The notes under the pieces: generated by a model
Told to the model about the DNA's origin: nothing
Seen by the model: the letters and a program-made list of their open reading frames with translations, nothing else
The model's database searches: none
Program-made: the position numbers and the translations under genes
Shown: positions 30,468 through 40,413 of the stretch, one piece after another
Numbering within the stretch: position 1 is the stretch's first letter
How the letters are laid out: every line of letters starts with the position of its first letter
Assembly (NCBI GenBank): GCA_037442105.1
Contig: JBBIQV010000020.1
Coordinates: forward strand, 1-48,846
Length of the DNA: 48,846 bases
Direction: 5' to 3'
From: Nitrospiraceae bacterium
GTDB taxonomy: Bacteria > Nitrospirota > Nitrospiria > Nitrospirales > Nitrospiraceae

Positions 30468-33116
30468 ATGGCCACGCCGTTCATCCTGCCGCTTGAATCG
30501 TCCAGTGATCCTGCAGTGGTGGGAGGCAAGGCGGCCGGCCTTGCCCGCTTGATCCAGCACGGGTTCCGTGTGCCTCCGGGCATCTGCCTGACGACCGCGG
30601 CCTATCGTGAGGCACTCAGCCAGGTCGGATTCGACGCGGGCGACCGGTGGGCCGGCGTGGAGCGGGCAACGCCGGACCATCGCAGACAGATGTTGGAAGA
30701 ATGCCGGCAACGCATCGAATCCCTCGTCGTCCCACAGTCAATCATGGACGCCCTCCGCGCCGGCTTAACCCGCCTCGTGGAGTGCCCTACTCAAAACGCG
30801 CCTCTTTGGGCCGTGCGTTCATCAGCGACGAATGAAGATGGAACCCGAACGTCGTTTGCCGGGGTCTATCGCACGCTCCTTGGCGTTTCGCAGGAGGGGC
30901 TGCCCCGTGCAATCTGCACCTGCTGGGCCTCGATATGGACCGAAGCGGGGTTCTCCTATCAGCACCGGGCCACTGTCAAAACTCCTCCTGAAATGGCGGT
31001 TGTGATCCAACCGTTGCTCTCCCCGGCCGCGGCGGGCGTGGCCTACTCCTGCCATCCGGTGACCGGTCGGAGGGACGTGATCGTGGTCAACGCCGTCTGG
31101 GGGCTGGCTGAACCGCTTGTCGCCGGCGCAGCGACTCCGGACCAGTATATGATCACGGTGGGCGAGCGCGAAGGCTCCTCAGCCATTCGGGTGATCGAAC
31201 GAGACATTGCCGACAAGCGGACTCGTCGAGTGGCTACGGTTACCGGTGCGCACGACGAGCCGGTGCCGGACGAGGCGAGGAGAGAACCGGCCCTCAGAGA
31301 CCCCGACTTGATCAATCTCGCAGCCCTCACAAAAAAAGTTGAACGAATGATAGGAACGCCGGTTGATATCGAGTGGGTGATCGATCGCGCGGGCTTCTGG
31401 CTGTTGCAGGTTCGCCTGATCTCTACTGTGACCGCTGCGTACGACATCGCTCCTGAGGTGTGCGAGTGGTCGCGCGCCAACTTCAAAGAGACATTGCCGG
31501 AGTTGCCCAGTCCGTTGGGGTTGTCGTTTCTCGAAGAATTTATGGAAGACAACATTCTGCGCCACTACCGCCGTCTCGGTTGTGTGGTCCCGCCGGCGGT
31601 GTCCTCAGTGAGAACAATTCACGGGCGGCCCTTCATCAACGTGACCCTATTTCAGTCGTTCATGGCACAACTCGGTGGCAACCCCGCGCTTATCACGGAG
31701 CAGATGGGCGGACAGGCGCATCTGCCCGCTGAACTCCCTCGTCCACTCCCTTGGTGGAAGCTCGCGTGGGCCGGCCTGATCCTCTGGTGGATGGTCGGGC
31801 AGGCGGCCAGGCGGGCACCGGCCTGGTTCGCTGAGATGAAGGAGATGGCAAGATCCACCGAACACGTCGCGGCGAGGACGTTGACTTCTCACGAGCTGTT
31901 GACGCGGCTGGATCGACTGGGTCGGACATTGAAACAAAACGACCTCACCTTCGCCATTGTCGCCGGAGTTGGACAATGCCTTCAGGCGCTGGACTATCTT
32001 CTTGGACGGTGGCTTGGTGCGGATTGGCGACCGTTGCTCAACACCGCCTTACAGGGACAAGGCACGGTCATCAGCGTCAAGCAAATCCTTTGGTTAATGG
32101 AGCTAGCCGAGATAGCACGGCAAGAACCGGTCGCGCACGCATTCTTTCGTGCGGAACCGTGGCAGCCGGAGCAATATCCAGACAGTTTGAAGGACACCCG
32201 TTTTCTTCGCGCCTTCGACGCGTATCTTGCCGAGTACGGCCATCGCGCGATCGGTGAATCCGACCTTGCAGTGCCCCGTTTCGCTGATCAGCCGGAGTAT
32301 GTGCTCGGAGTCATTCGCCACCATGTGCAGGAGCCGCCTGCCCGGCCAGCAGAAGAAGTTCAACGCCGGCAGGAAGCGGCGCGGAATGGCGCGCTCCACG
32401 AGATCCGTGCCCGGTTTGGCCGGCGCTGGATTCACTGGGTAGCCTTCACGTGGTGGTACCGGCGGCTCTGTCGCTATCTGGCCTTGCGCGAAGCGAACCG
32501 TCACCATCTGATGTATTTTTCATCCGCGGTCCGGCGGCTCATGCTCATTTTAGGGCAACAGTGGGTTGTGCGGGGGATCGTGGAATTCCAGGACGATGTC
32601 TTTCTCCTGACGGCAGATGAAATTCGAGCGGCCGTTGTCGATTCCGAGCGAGAGTGGAGGAGCGTGATCTCGTTGCGCCGTGCGGAATGGCGGCAGCACG
32701 CGGCGCACACTGTGCCGGACTTTCTCTCGTCAAGGGAAGAGCCGGCTCTCGCTTCGATTCGATCAGGCGAGGAAGGTGCCATGCTGCATGGCATCCCGAT
32801 CAGCGCCGGCTGTGCAGAAGGACCGGTCTGTTTGGTGTTGTCGCCACATGATCTGAAGAAAGTGAAGCGAGGAGACATTCTCGTGATGCCGGTGGTCGAT
32901 CCGGGTATGGCTCCGTTCTTCGGTCTTGCGGCGGGCCTCGTGGCGGAAATGGGTGGAACCTTGTCTCACGGCGCCATCATCGCACGGGAATATGGGCTGC
33001 CGACGGTGGCCAATGTGCCAGACGTTGTGCATCTGCTCAAGGAGGGCGAGCGCGTGGTTGTCGATGCAACAAGAGGGACTGTCTATCGTTCGGCGGGAAC
33101 TTTTTCAGCAACTTGA
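30468..33116 (+). CDS. PEP-utilising phosphotransferase with rifampin-phosphotransferase-like architecture
   Basis: N-terminal PPDK ATP-grasp (VGGKA, AVRSSA..ED...SFAG), central helical domain (YGHR), C-terminal His swivel domain GGTLSHGAIIAREYGLP. Confidence 0.88.
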   Translation: MATPFILPLESSSDPAVVGGKAAGLARLIQHGFRVPPGICLTTAAYREALSQVGFDAGDRWAGVERATPDHRRQMLEECRQRIESLVVPQSIMDALRAGLTRLVECPTQNAPLWAVRSSATNEDGTRTSFAGVYRTLLGVSQEGLPRAICTCWASIWTEAGFSYQHRATVKTPPEMAVVIQPLLSPAAAGVAYSCHPVTGRRDVIVVNAVWGLAEPLVAGAATPDQYMITVGEREGSSAIRVIERDIADKRTRRVATVTGAHDEPVPDEARREPALRDPDLINLAALTKKVERMIGTPVDIEWVIDRAGFWLLQVRLISTVTAAYDIAPEVCEWSRANFKETLPELPSPLGLSFLEEFMEDNILRHYRRLGCVVPPAVSSVRTIHGRPFINVTLFQSFMAQLGGNPALITEQMGGQAHLPAELPRPLPWWKLAWAGLILWWMVGQAARRAPAWFAEMKEMARSTEHVAARTLTSHELLTRLDRLGRTLKQNDLTFAIVAGVGQCLQALDYLLGRWLGADWRPLLNTALQGQGTVISVKQILWLMELAEIARQEPVAHAFFRAEPWQPEQYPDSLKDTRFLRAFDAYLAEYGHRAIGESDLAVPRFADQPEYVLGVIRHHVQEPPARPAEEVQRRQEAARNGALHEIRARFGRRWIHWVAFTWWYRRLCRYLALREANRHHLMYFSSAVRRLMLILGQQWVVRGIVEFQDDVFLLTADEIRAAVVDSEREWRSVISLRRAEWRQHAAHTVPDFLSSREEPALASIRSGEEGAMLHGIPISAGCAEGPVCLVLSPHDLKKVKRGDILVMPVVDPGMAPFFGLAAGLVAEMGGTLSHGAIIAREYGLPTVANVPDVVHLLKEGERVVVDATRGTVYRSAGTFSAT

Positions 33117-33217
33117 CCTTTTCTTTTCGGTTCCCGTATCCTTGCCGGGGCTTTCACCAACATCGTTGTGTACAATGTGATCATTCCGCGTGGTGCGCGG
33201 GCGGCAGACGAGCGGCA

Positions 33218-34609
33218 ATGCCTGACTCGGTGACATTCTGGGCTGGGCTTGGCGCAGGGTTCCTCGCGGGAGCTTTGCTGGCCGGCATGTGGATCGCGGC
33301 ACGGGTCCGCATGGCGATGCAGGCGCGTGTGTCGGAAACCGCTGAGCGAGCTCACCGCGCCGAAACCCTGACCGGCGAGCTTCGCAAGCAGACTGAGTTG
33401 GATCGAGTAGAGATGGCTCGCGTGAGGAACGAACTGGCCCAGGCCCAGCAAGATCGCGCGATCGCCGAGACCCGCGCGCAAGAAACTCTCAAGCAACTTG
33501 ACGAGCAGAGAGCGCTGCTAGCGCAAGCGCGGCAGGAACTGCTCGAATCTTTTCAGGCCCTGTCCGGCGAAGCGCTCAAACGAAACAACGAAGCCTTCCT
33601 GAATCTGGCCAAGACCTCGTTTGAGACCCTGCATGCCGAAGCCAAAGGCGATTTGGTCCAGCGGCAACAGGCCATCGATGAGCTCGTCAAACCGCTCCAC
33701 GAATCGCTGACTCGCTATGAGGAACAACTCCGTCATTTGGAGCATTCACGGCAAACCGCCTATGGGGGGCTCGATCAACATTTGAAACTCCTTGCCGAAT
33801 CGCAGCAGCGACTGCAACAGGAGACCGGCAATCTGGTGAGAGCGCTCCGTACGCCGAATATACGGGGACGATGGGGCGAGATCACGCTTCGGCGTGTGGC
33901 AGAGCTGGCGGGCATGGTTGCCCATTGCGATTTCACCGAGCAGGAACACGTTGAGAGCGAGGAAGGACGCTTGCGGCCTGACATGGTCGTACAACTTCCC
34001 GGCGAGCGCCAGATCGTGGTCGATGCGAAGACGGTCCTCTCGGCCTACCTGGAGGCGCACGAGGCTCCTGATGACGTCCAGCGGCTGGCGTGTCTGCGGC
34101 GGCATGCCGAGCAGGTGCGCAGTCGCATGGAGGATTTGAGTCTGAAAGCCTATTGGAACCAGTTTGCGCAGACTCCTGAGTTCGTTGTCTTGTTTCTTCC
34201 GGGCGAGCAGTTCCTTGGGGCCGCGTTGGAGCAAGACCAGACGTTGATCGAAGACGGATTTGCCCACGGCGTTGTGATCGCCACACCGACGACGCTGATG
34301 GCGCTGCTGCGCGCGGTCGCCTATGGGTGGCGGCAGGAACAGTTGACCGAACATGCCGCGCAGGCCGGCCGGCTTGGGAAGGACCTCTACGAGCGGATGG
34401 CCGTCTTGGCGGAGCATTTGAACGACGTGGGCCAGGCGCTGGGGAAAAGCGTGGTGGCCTACAACAAGGCCGTCGGCTCGTTGGAGACGAGGATTCTCCC
34501 CGCTGCCCGGAAGTTCAAAGAACTGGGCATCTCCTCGGACAAAGACATCCCGATGCTCGAGCCGGCCGAGATCGTGCCGCGCAAGGGGTTGCCGTTTGAA
34601 ACCGAATAA
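33218..34609 (+). CDS. rmuC: DNA recombination protein RmuC
   Basis: TM helix + coiled coil, RGRWGE..L, LRPDMVVQLP, VVDAK, PEFVVLFLPGE, TPTTLMALL. Confidence 0.93.
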   Translation: MPDSVTFWAGLGAGFLAGALLAGMWIAARVRMAMQARVSETAERAHRAETLTGELRKQTELDRVEMARVRNELAQAQQDRAIAETRAQETLKQLDEQRALLAQARQELLESFQALSGEALKRNNEAFLNLAKTSFETLHAEAKGDLVQRQQAIDELVKPLHESLTRYEEQLRHLEHSRQTAYGGLDQHLKLLAESQQRLQQETGNLVRALRTPNIRGRWGEITLRRVAELAGMVAHCDFTEQEHVESEEGRLRPDMVVQLPGERQIVVDAKTVLSAYLEAHEAPDDVQRLACLRRHAEQVRSRMEDLSLKAYWNQFAQTPEFVVLFLPGEQFLGAALEQDQTLIEDGFAHGVVIATPTTLMALLRAVAYGWRQEQLTEHAAQAGRLGKDLYERMAVLAEHLNDVGQALGKSVVAYNKAVGSLETRILPAARKFKELGISSDKDIPMLEPAEIVPRKGLPFETE

Positions 34610-35051
34610 GCCGAATGGGTGCCTGCCGGACGAGCAGGCGATGGTGGCTGAATTCCATCGTAAGTTTGAGATCGTTCTCAGCGACGTGCCGGCGCTGCCT
34701 GATGCCGCCACACGCGACCTCCGGGTTCGCCTGATCGAGGAAGAATTCAGTGAGCTCAAAGAGGCACTGGTGAAACAGGATTTGGTCGGGATTGCCAAAG
34801 AGTTGGCGGACCTGCTCTACGTCGTCTACGGCACCGCCGTATCTTATGGAATCGACATGGGGCCGGTGTTTCGCGAAGTCCATCGGTCGAATTTGAGCAA
34901 GGTCGGAGGCTACAAGCGAGCGGATGGCAAGTGGGTCAAGCCTCCGACCTACTCGCCGGCACAGCTTGAGCCGGTTCTCGCAGCCCAGTCGGCCGATGGA
35001 CGGCGCCAGGGTTCACTCCCACCACAGAATTCCAGCCAGGCGGCGGATTGA
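34596..35051 (+). CDS. MazG-like NTP pyrophosphohydrolase
   Basis: LIEEEFSEL, KELADLLYVVYG, EVHRSNLSK, DGKWVKP. Confidence 0.88.
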   Translation: MKPNKPNGCLPDEQAMVAEFHRKFEIVLSDVPALPDAATRDLRVRLIEEEFSELKEALVKQDLVGIAKELADLLYVVYGTAVSYGIDMGPVFREVHRSNLSKVGGYKRADGKWVKPPTYSPAQLEPVLAAQSADGRRQGSLPPQNSSQAAD

Positions 35052-35056
35052 GACCG

Positions 35057-35560
35057 ATGAAAGAACTCCACTGTCCAGCCTGTGGAACATCGTTCGTTCG
35101 CGTTACGTTCCAAGACGGTACGATGGGACGGCTGCTCAACCGGTTGAATGTCTTTCCGTTCCGCTGCCAGCTCTGCACGAATCGATTCCGTGCCTTCCGG
35201 CCAGGCACCCGCAGCGAAAGCCAAGCGTTTGACCGGCGGCAGTACAAGCGCCTGGTGGCCAATTTCCCCGCTCTGCCCGTCGTGGGCAGACCGCTTGCCG
35301 AAGACGTGGTGACGGATATTTCGATGGGCGGCTGCACCCTCCGAACATCATCCGCCCTCGCTCAAGGCAGCTTTGTTGAACTGCATCTCAAACCGTCGGA
35401 GGATGAAGAGGCGATCAATGTGGAGACGGCGATGGTCTGCTCCGTCCGTCCGTCCTCGATGGGCATCAAATTTCTCGAAATCCACCCCAGCGACAAGCGA
35501 CGGCTCAGTCAAGTGGTCTTAAGCCTTCTGATCAACCAGGGTTCTCTCCCCACGGCCTAA
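35057..35560 (+). CDS. Zinc-ribbon + PilZ domain protein
   Basis: CPAC..CQLC, DRRQYKR, DISMGG. Confidence 0.85.
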   Translation: MKELHCPACGTSFVRVTFQDGTMGRLLNRLNVFPFRCQLCTNRFRAFRPGTRSESQAFDRRQYKRLVANFPALPVVGRPLAEDVVTDISMGGCTLRTSSALAQGSFVELHLKPSEDEEAINVETAMVCSVRPSSMGIKFLEIHPSDKRRLSQVVLSLLINQGSLPTA

Positions 35561-35728
35561 CGCGCATTATTCATGACGGTTCGTCGCGGAATCAGCGAAT
35601 AGCGAATAGCAAGGAGCGCGTAGCTCAAGAGGAATTCCTTTTCTCCGGCCGTTCGCTGCTCGCTGCTCGCCACCAGCTACTCGCTCCCTGGCGATTGCAG
35701 CAGAAGCGCTCATGAATAATGCGCGTTA
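35558..35728. mobile_element. MITE-like element, copy 2 (heptamer-repeat interior)
   Basis: Perfect 19-bp IR taacgcgcattattcatga / tcatgaataatgcgcgtta; same subterminal sequences as copy 1. Confidence 0.8.
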
Positions 35729-35767
35729 CAATAAGCGACAGCCAATAGCAATCAGCGGGTGGCTTAT

Positions 35768-36619
35768 TCAGCGCGGCACCCGGACCAGCACGTTGTCGAT
35801 GAGGCGAACCGTGCCGATGCGGATGGCGCCAAGCAGCACCGCATCGGACTTGATGGTCGAAACCGGTTCCAGTGTAGCCGGGTGGCAGACGGCAAGATAC
35901 TCGATCCGTGCCAGTGGTTCCCGCCGAACAGTCTTTACCATCACCTGGCGAATGTGTGCGCCGGACCTGATGCCACGGCGGATCGCCTCCGCGCCGGCCT
36001 GCAAGGTACGGTAGAGCACAGGCGCAGCACGGCGCTGTGTCGCGGTCAGGTACACGTTGCGGGAACTCAGGGCAAGGCCGTCCGATTCCCGGATGGTGGG
36101 ATGGATGACGATTCTTGTGCCGAGGTTCAGGTCTTCTACGAGCCGCTGAACCAGCACCGCTTGTTGATAATCCTTCTGCCCGAAGAGGGCCAGGTGCGGT
36201 CTTGCCAAACACAGCAGTTTGGTGACGACCGTGGCGACGCCTTGAAAATGGAACGGCCTGGCTTCGCCCTCCCATCGCCGGGCGACATCGCGCACCGTCA
36301 CCGTGGTTTGGAAACCGGAAGGATAGATCGCCTCCCTTGTTGGGATGAAGACGACATCCACACCTTCCGATGCACACAGCGCCCGATCTTGTTTGAGTTG
36401 TCGCGGGTACTTGGCCAGGTCCTCATGGGGACCGAACTGCGCGGGATTGACGAACACGCTGACGGCCAGTGCGTCGCAGGATAGGCGCGCGTCGCGAATC
36501 AGGGCGCGATGGCCGGCGTGCAGCGCACCCATTGTGGGAACAAACCCGATGGTCACGCCTTCGCGATGGAGTTGACGGCTCCAATCGGCGAGCGTTTTGG
36601 GCGACGTGATCGTCTTCAC
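35768..36619 (-). CDS. panC: Pantoate-beta-alanine ligase
   Basis: VPTMGALHAGH, SVFVNPAQF, FGQKDYQQ, DGLALSSRN, RLIDN. Confidence 0.97.
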   Translation of the reverse strand: MKTITSPKTLADWSRQLHREGVTIGFVPTMGALHAGHRALIRDARLSCDALAVSVFVNPAQFGPHEDLAKYPRQLKQDRALCASEGVDVVFIPTREAIYPSGFQTTVTVRDVARRWEGEARPFHFQGVATVVTKLLCLARPHLALFGQKDYQQAVLVQRLVEDLNLGTRIVIHPTIRESDGLALSSRNVYLTATQRRAAPVLYRTLQAGAEAIRRGIRSGAHIRQVMVKTVRREPLARIEYLAVCHPATLEPVSTIKSDAVLLGAIRIGTVRLIDNVLVRVPR

Positions 36620-37188
36620 GATCGTGAGCCGGCCGCAGCGGTGCGGATGCTGCAGTCGGGACGGGAGCCGTAACGGGAGCTTGGTTGAGGATCGAGGCGG
36701 CGCACGAATGAAGAATCGTGAAGCTCGTTCAACAAGGCCTGCATGGTCCGGCGTGATATTGGATGCTGCCAGTCATGAGCGAGTTCGACCATCGGCACGA
36801 GGACAAACCGCCTGCAGTGGAGACGTGGGTGAGGAATGACGAGGCCCTGCTCGTCGATCACGCGGTTTCCGTAAAACAAGATGTCGAGGTCCAGGGTTCG
36901 AGGCCCGTTGCGATGGACCTGATCCCGTCCGAACGCCAGCTCGATTTCTCGGCATGCCGCCAAGAGGCTGCGCGGCGTGATATCCGTTTCCAGATGCGCG
37001 ACGCCGTTCAGGAACCAGCCGTCGCCAGGCGCAGCCCCATCGTTCACCGGCTCCGTTTCATAGAGCGACGAGACCTTCACCAATTGCGAGTGCGGCAGGA
37101 GGCTCAGCAATGTAACCGCCCGGTCGCAAAAGTCCAGCCGGTCTCCCACATTCGACCCAAACCCGATAAACACCGTTTCACGCGCCAT
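36616..37188 (-). CDS. folK: 2-amino-4-hydroxy-6-hydroxymethyldihydropteridine diphosphokinase
   Basis: GFGSNVGDR, SSLYETEP, GPRTLDLDIL, IPHPRL..RRFVL. Confidence 0.96.
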   Translation of the reverse strand: MARETVFIGFGSNVGDRLDFCDRAVTLLSLLPHSQLVKVSSLYETEPVNDGAAPGDGWFLNGVAHLETDITPRSLLAACREIELAFGRDQVHRNGPRTLDLDILFYGNRVIDEQGLVIPHPRLHCRRFVLVPMVELAHDWQHPISRRTMQALLNELHDSSFVRRLDPQPSSRYGSRPDCSIRTAAAGSRS

Positions 37189-37292
37189 ACGCCAACCGTC
37201 ATTCGATTAGAAGTCTATTCTGAAAGGCGTCAAGGAACCATTATGGGAACTCATGTATCATTTCGTTCGTTTGGTTTCAACCTGAGTTTTGC

Positions 37293-37604
37293 TCAGATCC
37301 ATCCTTTCTTTGAAGCGATCATGGCCGCATCCACGCGGTTCCGTGCTCCCATCTTTTGCAGGAGATCTTGGACGTAGCTCTTGACGGTGTTTTCGCTGAG
37401 AAACATCTGGGTGCCGATTTCTTTGTTCGAAAATCCCTGGGAGATTAGTCGCAGGAGGCTGAGTTGTTGTGGGGTCAGATCAACCTGTACTTTGCCTCCC
37501 TCGGTTTCAGCGGTTCCCTCGCGCAGCTCTGGTACCACTTGGCTAACGACCTTTGGATCGATCACGGATTCACCACTCGCGACGGTCCGAAGGATTTGCT
37601 TCAA
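37293..37604 (-). pseudogene. NarL/LuxR-type response regulator, 5'-truncated by IS1380 end
   Basis: LuxR HTH (GFSNKEIG..MFLSENTVKSYV) plus the last receiver helix only; the IS terminal repeat begins immediately at 37605. Confidence 0.85.
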
Positions 37605-38482
37605 CCTGAATCCGGCGTGAAAAAGGGTGGCTTCATGGCCTCAGTCGGCTGATTTGATGCAAGGCATAGTTCCAGGCTGCTTCTCGCTGACCGCTTGCAG
37701 GCAGGGCCAAGCGGGGGCGATTGCCGGCTCGGCGAAGCTGAGCGGGCATCAACAGGATCTTGTGACGCAGGGTTTGCAGCGTGGCGGTCTGGAATTCTGG
37801 AGGCAGGCAAAGGCGCTTGAACCAATTGACAAGGTTGTAGGCCAGCAAGAGCAGATGGAAATAGGTCTCGTTGGCGAAAAAGTGACGGGTGGGGATGTTG
37901 CCCAGGGCGTAATCCCCTTTGAGCTGTTTGATGAGCAACTCGACCCCGGCGCGGTTGTTGTACAAGCGCCAGAGGTTGAGCGGCTGCAACGGCAGATTGG
38001 TGACCAGCACTTGGTAGTGGTACTTGCCGAGCTTGAAGAGAGTCAGTGGCTCCGTTGGTTCTTCGGGCTGAGGGCGACGGATCACGACGAACCGATAGCG
38101 ATGGGGCCATCGGATGGGCTGATAACAGAACTCGGCCACCTCGATACCCCGGCTGGGACTCACGTACCGCAGGTGCCCCAGTTTGCGTTTGATCGGGGCT
38201 GTGAGGCGGGCGACGATCACGAACCGGACCCGTCGGGCCTCGAGCCATTCGACCAGCGTGTGGTCGTAAAACCCTTTGTCCGCGCGGACAATCACCAATC
38301 GCACCCCGGCGGGCACTTTGGCGAAGCACGCCTTGAGCAGATCGATCGTCCCGCTGGCCGTATGGGCATCGCCGGGGCGCAACTCGCCATGCCAGAAGTC
38401 CTTGGTGCGTCCTTCGAAGCACAACAGTGGGTGATACGACGGCCGGCCCCGCTTGATCGGGTTGTACCCGACCCACGCCAAG
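37605..38482 (-). mobile_element. IS1380-family element remnant (right end + 5'-truncated transposase 37633-~38482)
   Basis: GYNP.KRG..SYHPLL, VRADKGFY, YNNRAGVELLIKQLK DDE motifs; terminal cctgaatcc at 37605 just past the stop; N-terminus and left end absent. Confidence 0.85.
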
Positions 38483-38545
38483 GACCCTGAGGGACTTGAA
38501 GGGCCGCCAGGTGCCCATGCTGCAGCCCAGCCTGTCTTGAAATTC

Positions 38546-38766
38546 CAGTCGCGGCGGCGCTCAAGCCGTTCATGAGTGAGCCGCCCGTACAAAAAGGCCT
38601 CCGCTCAATCGCTCAGAAGTTTCGTGCCCTGGAAGCCGAAGGTCCGACGTGGGTTGCGAAGTTTCTGGGCGGAGGTGGTGCTGAGACGGAATCACGAATC
38701 AAGCAGGATGCCTTCATGACCGTTCACAAAGTGTGCCGCCTCCTCGGGCTGGAAAGAGATATGTGA
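38546..38766 (+). pseudogene. Orphan 3' fragment of an AbiEii-like nucleotidyltransferase (paralogous to 48220-48437)
   Basis: VAAALKPFM.E.PVQKGL.SIAQKFRAL.AEGPTWVAKFLGGG matches the C-terminus of 47529-48437; 32-bp identical block 38635-38666 = 48309-48340. Confidence 0.88.
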
Positions 38767-38895
38767 TCCTACCAGGTCGGCAGGCCCATGCGGCCTATTG
38801 TCGAATCGAATTCTAGAACGGTGGAGGCACCCATTGATTTCACTCCTTTCGCTTGCAATCTCACTTACTCATAAGTCGCCCGAAGCAGGGGAATC

Positions 38896-38924
38896 TTGCA
38901 CTCTCTGCTGCAGGTGACTAGGAT
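38896..38924 (+). promoter_or_regulatory. Putative sigma70 promoter of the cysteine desulfurase gene
   Basis: TTGCAC-17-TAGGAT, 12 nt upstream of ATG. Confidence 0.45.
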
Positions 38925-38936
38925 AAGCGCCCTGTA

Positions 38937-40067
38937 ATGATCTATCTCGACCACAATGCAACGACGCCGGTATTGCCGGAGGTGCTGGAGGCGATGATGC
39001 CTTACTTCACTTCCGAATGGGGTAATCCGTCAAGTACATACAAGTTCGGCTCGAAGCTGAAGAGTGTGATCGAGACAGCGCGAGAACAGGTGGCGGAGCT
39101 AATTGGGGCACAGTCGCGGGAGATTATTTTCACTTCGTGCGGCACAGAGAGCAACAACACGGCGATTCATGCGGCATTGCAGGCCAACCCAGGCAAGCGG
39201 CACATCGTCACGTCGGCGGCGGAGCATTCCTCAGTGCTCAACTACTGCATGGCGCTGGAGAAGGAAGGCTACCGGGTGACTTATCTGCCCGTTGACCGCG
39301 ACGGGCTGTTGAAGCTTGCTGACTTGGAGGAGGCCATTACAGACGAAACAGCACTCGTTTCGCTGATGTGGGCTAACAACGAGACAGGCGTCTCGTTCCC
39401 CGTCACGGAAATCGCTCAACTCTGCCGAGCGCGCGGCGTGTTGTTGCACTGCGATGCCGTGCAAGCGGCCGGGAAGGTCCCTATCAACCTCAGCAACTTG
39501 CCCGTGGATTACCTGTCCCTTACTGGTCACAAGTTTCACGCACCCAAAGGCATCGGCGCGCTATACGTCCGCCGTAAAGCCCCCTTCTGGCCATTCGTCC
39601 ACGGTGGACATCAAGAGCACAACCTGCGGGGTGGCACGGAGAACGTGGCATTGATTGTCGGCATGGGCAAGGCCGCCGAGTTAGCCACTAATCATCTACC
39701 CGACTACGACAAGCAGGTGCGACCACTGCGGGATTCGCTGGAGGACGGCGTCCTGAGGACGATTCCGAACACTGAACTGAACGGCCACAAGATTCAGCGT
39801 CTGGCCAACACCACCAACATCACCTTCCACGGCATCGAATCCGAAGCGCTGCTACTCCTGCTCGACAAGAAAGGCATTTGCGCCTTGTCCTGCTCAGCAT
39901 GCTTGGCCGATTCCGATGAACCGTCGCATGTCATCAAGGCGATGAAGCCCGAAAGCGCCGCGTCAAGGCAGATGATAAGGTTTTCACTGGATACGAGTAC
40001 TGAGAAGGCCGACGTGACCGCGACGGTAGAGACTGTCCAACGGGCCGTAAGCGCGCTATGCAGTTGA
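38937..40067 (+). CDS. dndA: Cysteine desulfurase (IscS/DndA-like)
   Basis: YLDHNATT, GNPSS, NNETG, HCDAVQ, TGHKFHAPKG PLP lysine, SAC catalytic Cys; dndA assignment rests on the neighbouring dndC. Confidence 0.85.
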   Translation: MIYLDHNATTPVLPEVLEAMMPYFTSEWGNPSSTYKFGSKLKSVIETAREQVAELIGAQSREIIFTSCGTESNNTAIHAALQANPGKRHIVTSAAEHSSVLNYCMALEKEGYRVTYLPVDRDGLLKLADLEEAITDETALVSLMWANNETGVSFPVTEIAQLCRARGVLLHCDAVQAAGKVPINLSNLPVDYLSLTGHKFHAPKGIGALYVRRKAPFWPFVHGGHQEHNLRGGTENVALIVGMGKAAELATNHLPDYDKQVRPLRDSLEDGVLRTIPNTELNGHKIQRLANTTNITFHGIESEALLLLLDKKGICALSCSACLADSDEPSHVIKAMKPESAASRQMIRFSLDTSTEKADVTATVETVQRAVSALCS

Positions 40068-40074
40068 CGGCCCA

Positions 40075-40413
40075 ATGAAACTATCGGCGGACGCGGTCAT
40101 CGCCAGAGACAAGTTGACGCGCTATTTGCTGTTGCCTCAAGCGCGCGGCGACAAATCGGCTTTTCTGGCAGAAGCGGGTTACACGCTGGAATACGCCGAC
40201 CAACTGCTGCAGGACTTGCGCGCCCAGATCCTTCCTTTGGAGGCACGAAGGTTGGAATCCAACAAGTTTGGCCAGTACTATGAAATACGAGGAACGCTGA
40301 TTGGCCCAAATGGCGTGGCTTTGCCGATTCGCAGCATATGGATGACAGAACACTTGTCGGGCATCACGAAGTTCGTTACACTGATTCCCGATAAACGGGG
40401 TGCATCACGATGA
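40075..40413 (+). CDS. DUF6883-like putative toxin
   Basis: KLTRYLL, DKS.FL...GY, FG..Y.I.G.L.GPNG, SIW, FVTLIP pattern; ATGA overlap with next gene. Confidence 0.75.
   Translation: MKLSADAVIARDKLTRYLLLPQARGDKSAFLAEAGYTLEYADQLLQDLRAQILPLEARRLESNKFGQYYEIRGTLIGPNGVALPIRSIWMTEHLSGITKFVTLIPDKRGASR

Noticed and set aside
38483..38592. N-terminus of the 319-aa transposase ORF
   Set aside because: Read-through into non-IS DNA, including the antisense strand of the toxin fragment; not a true start
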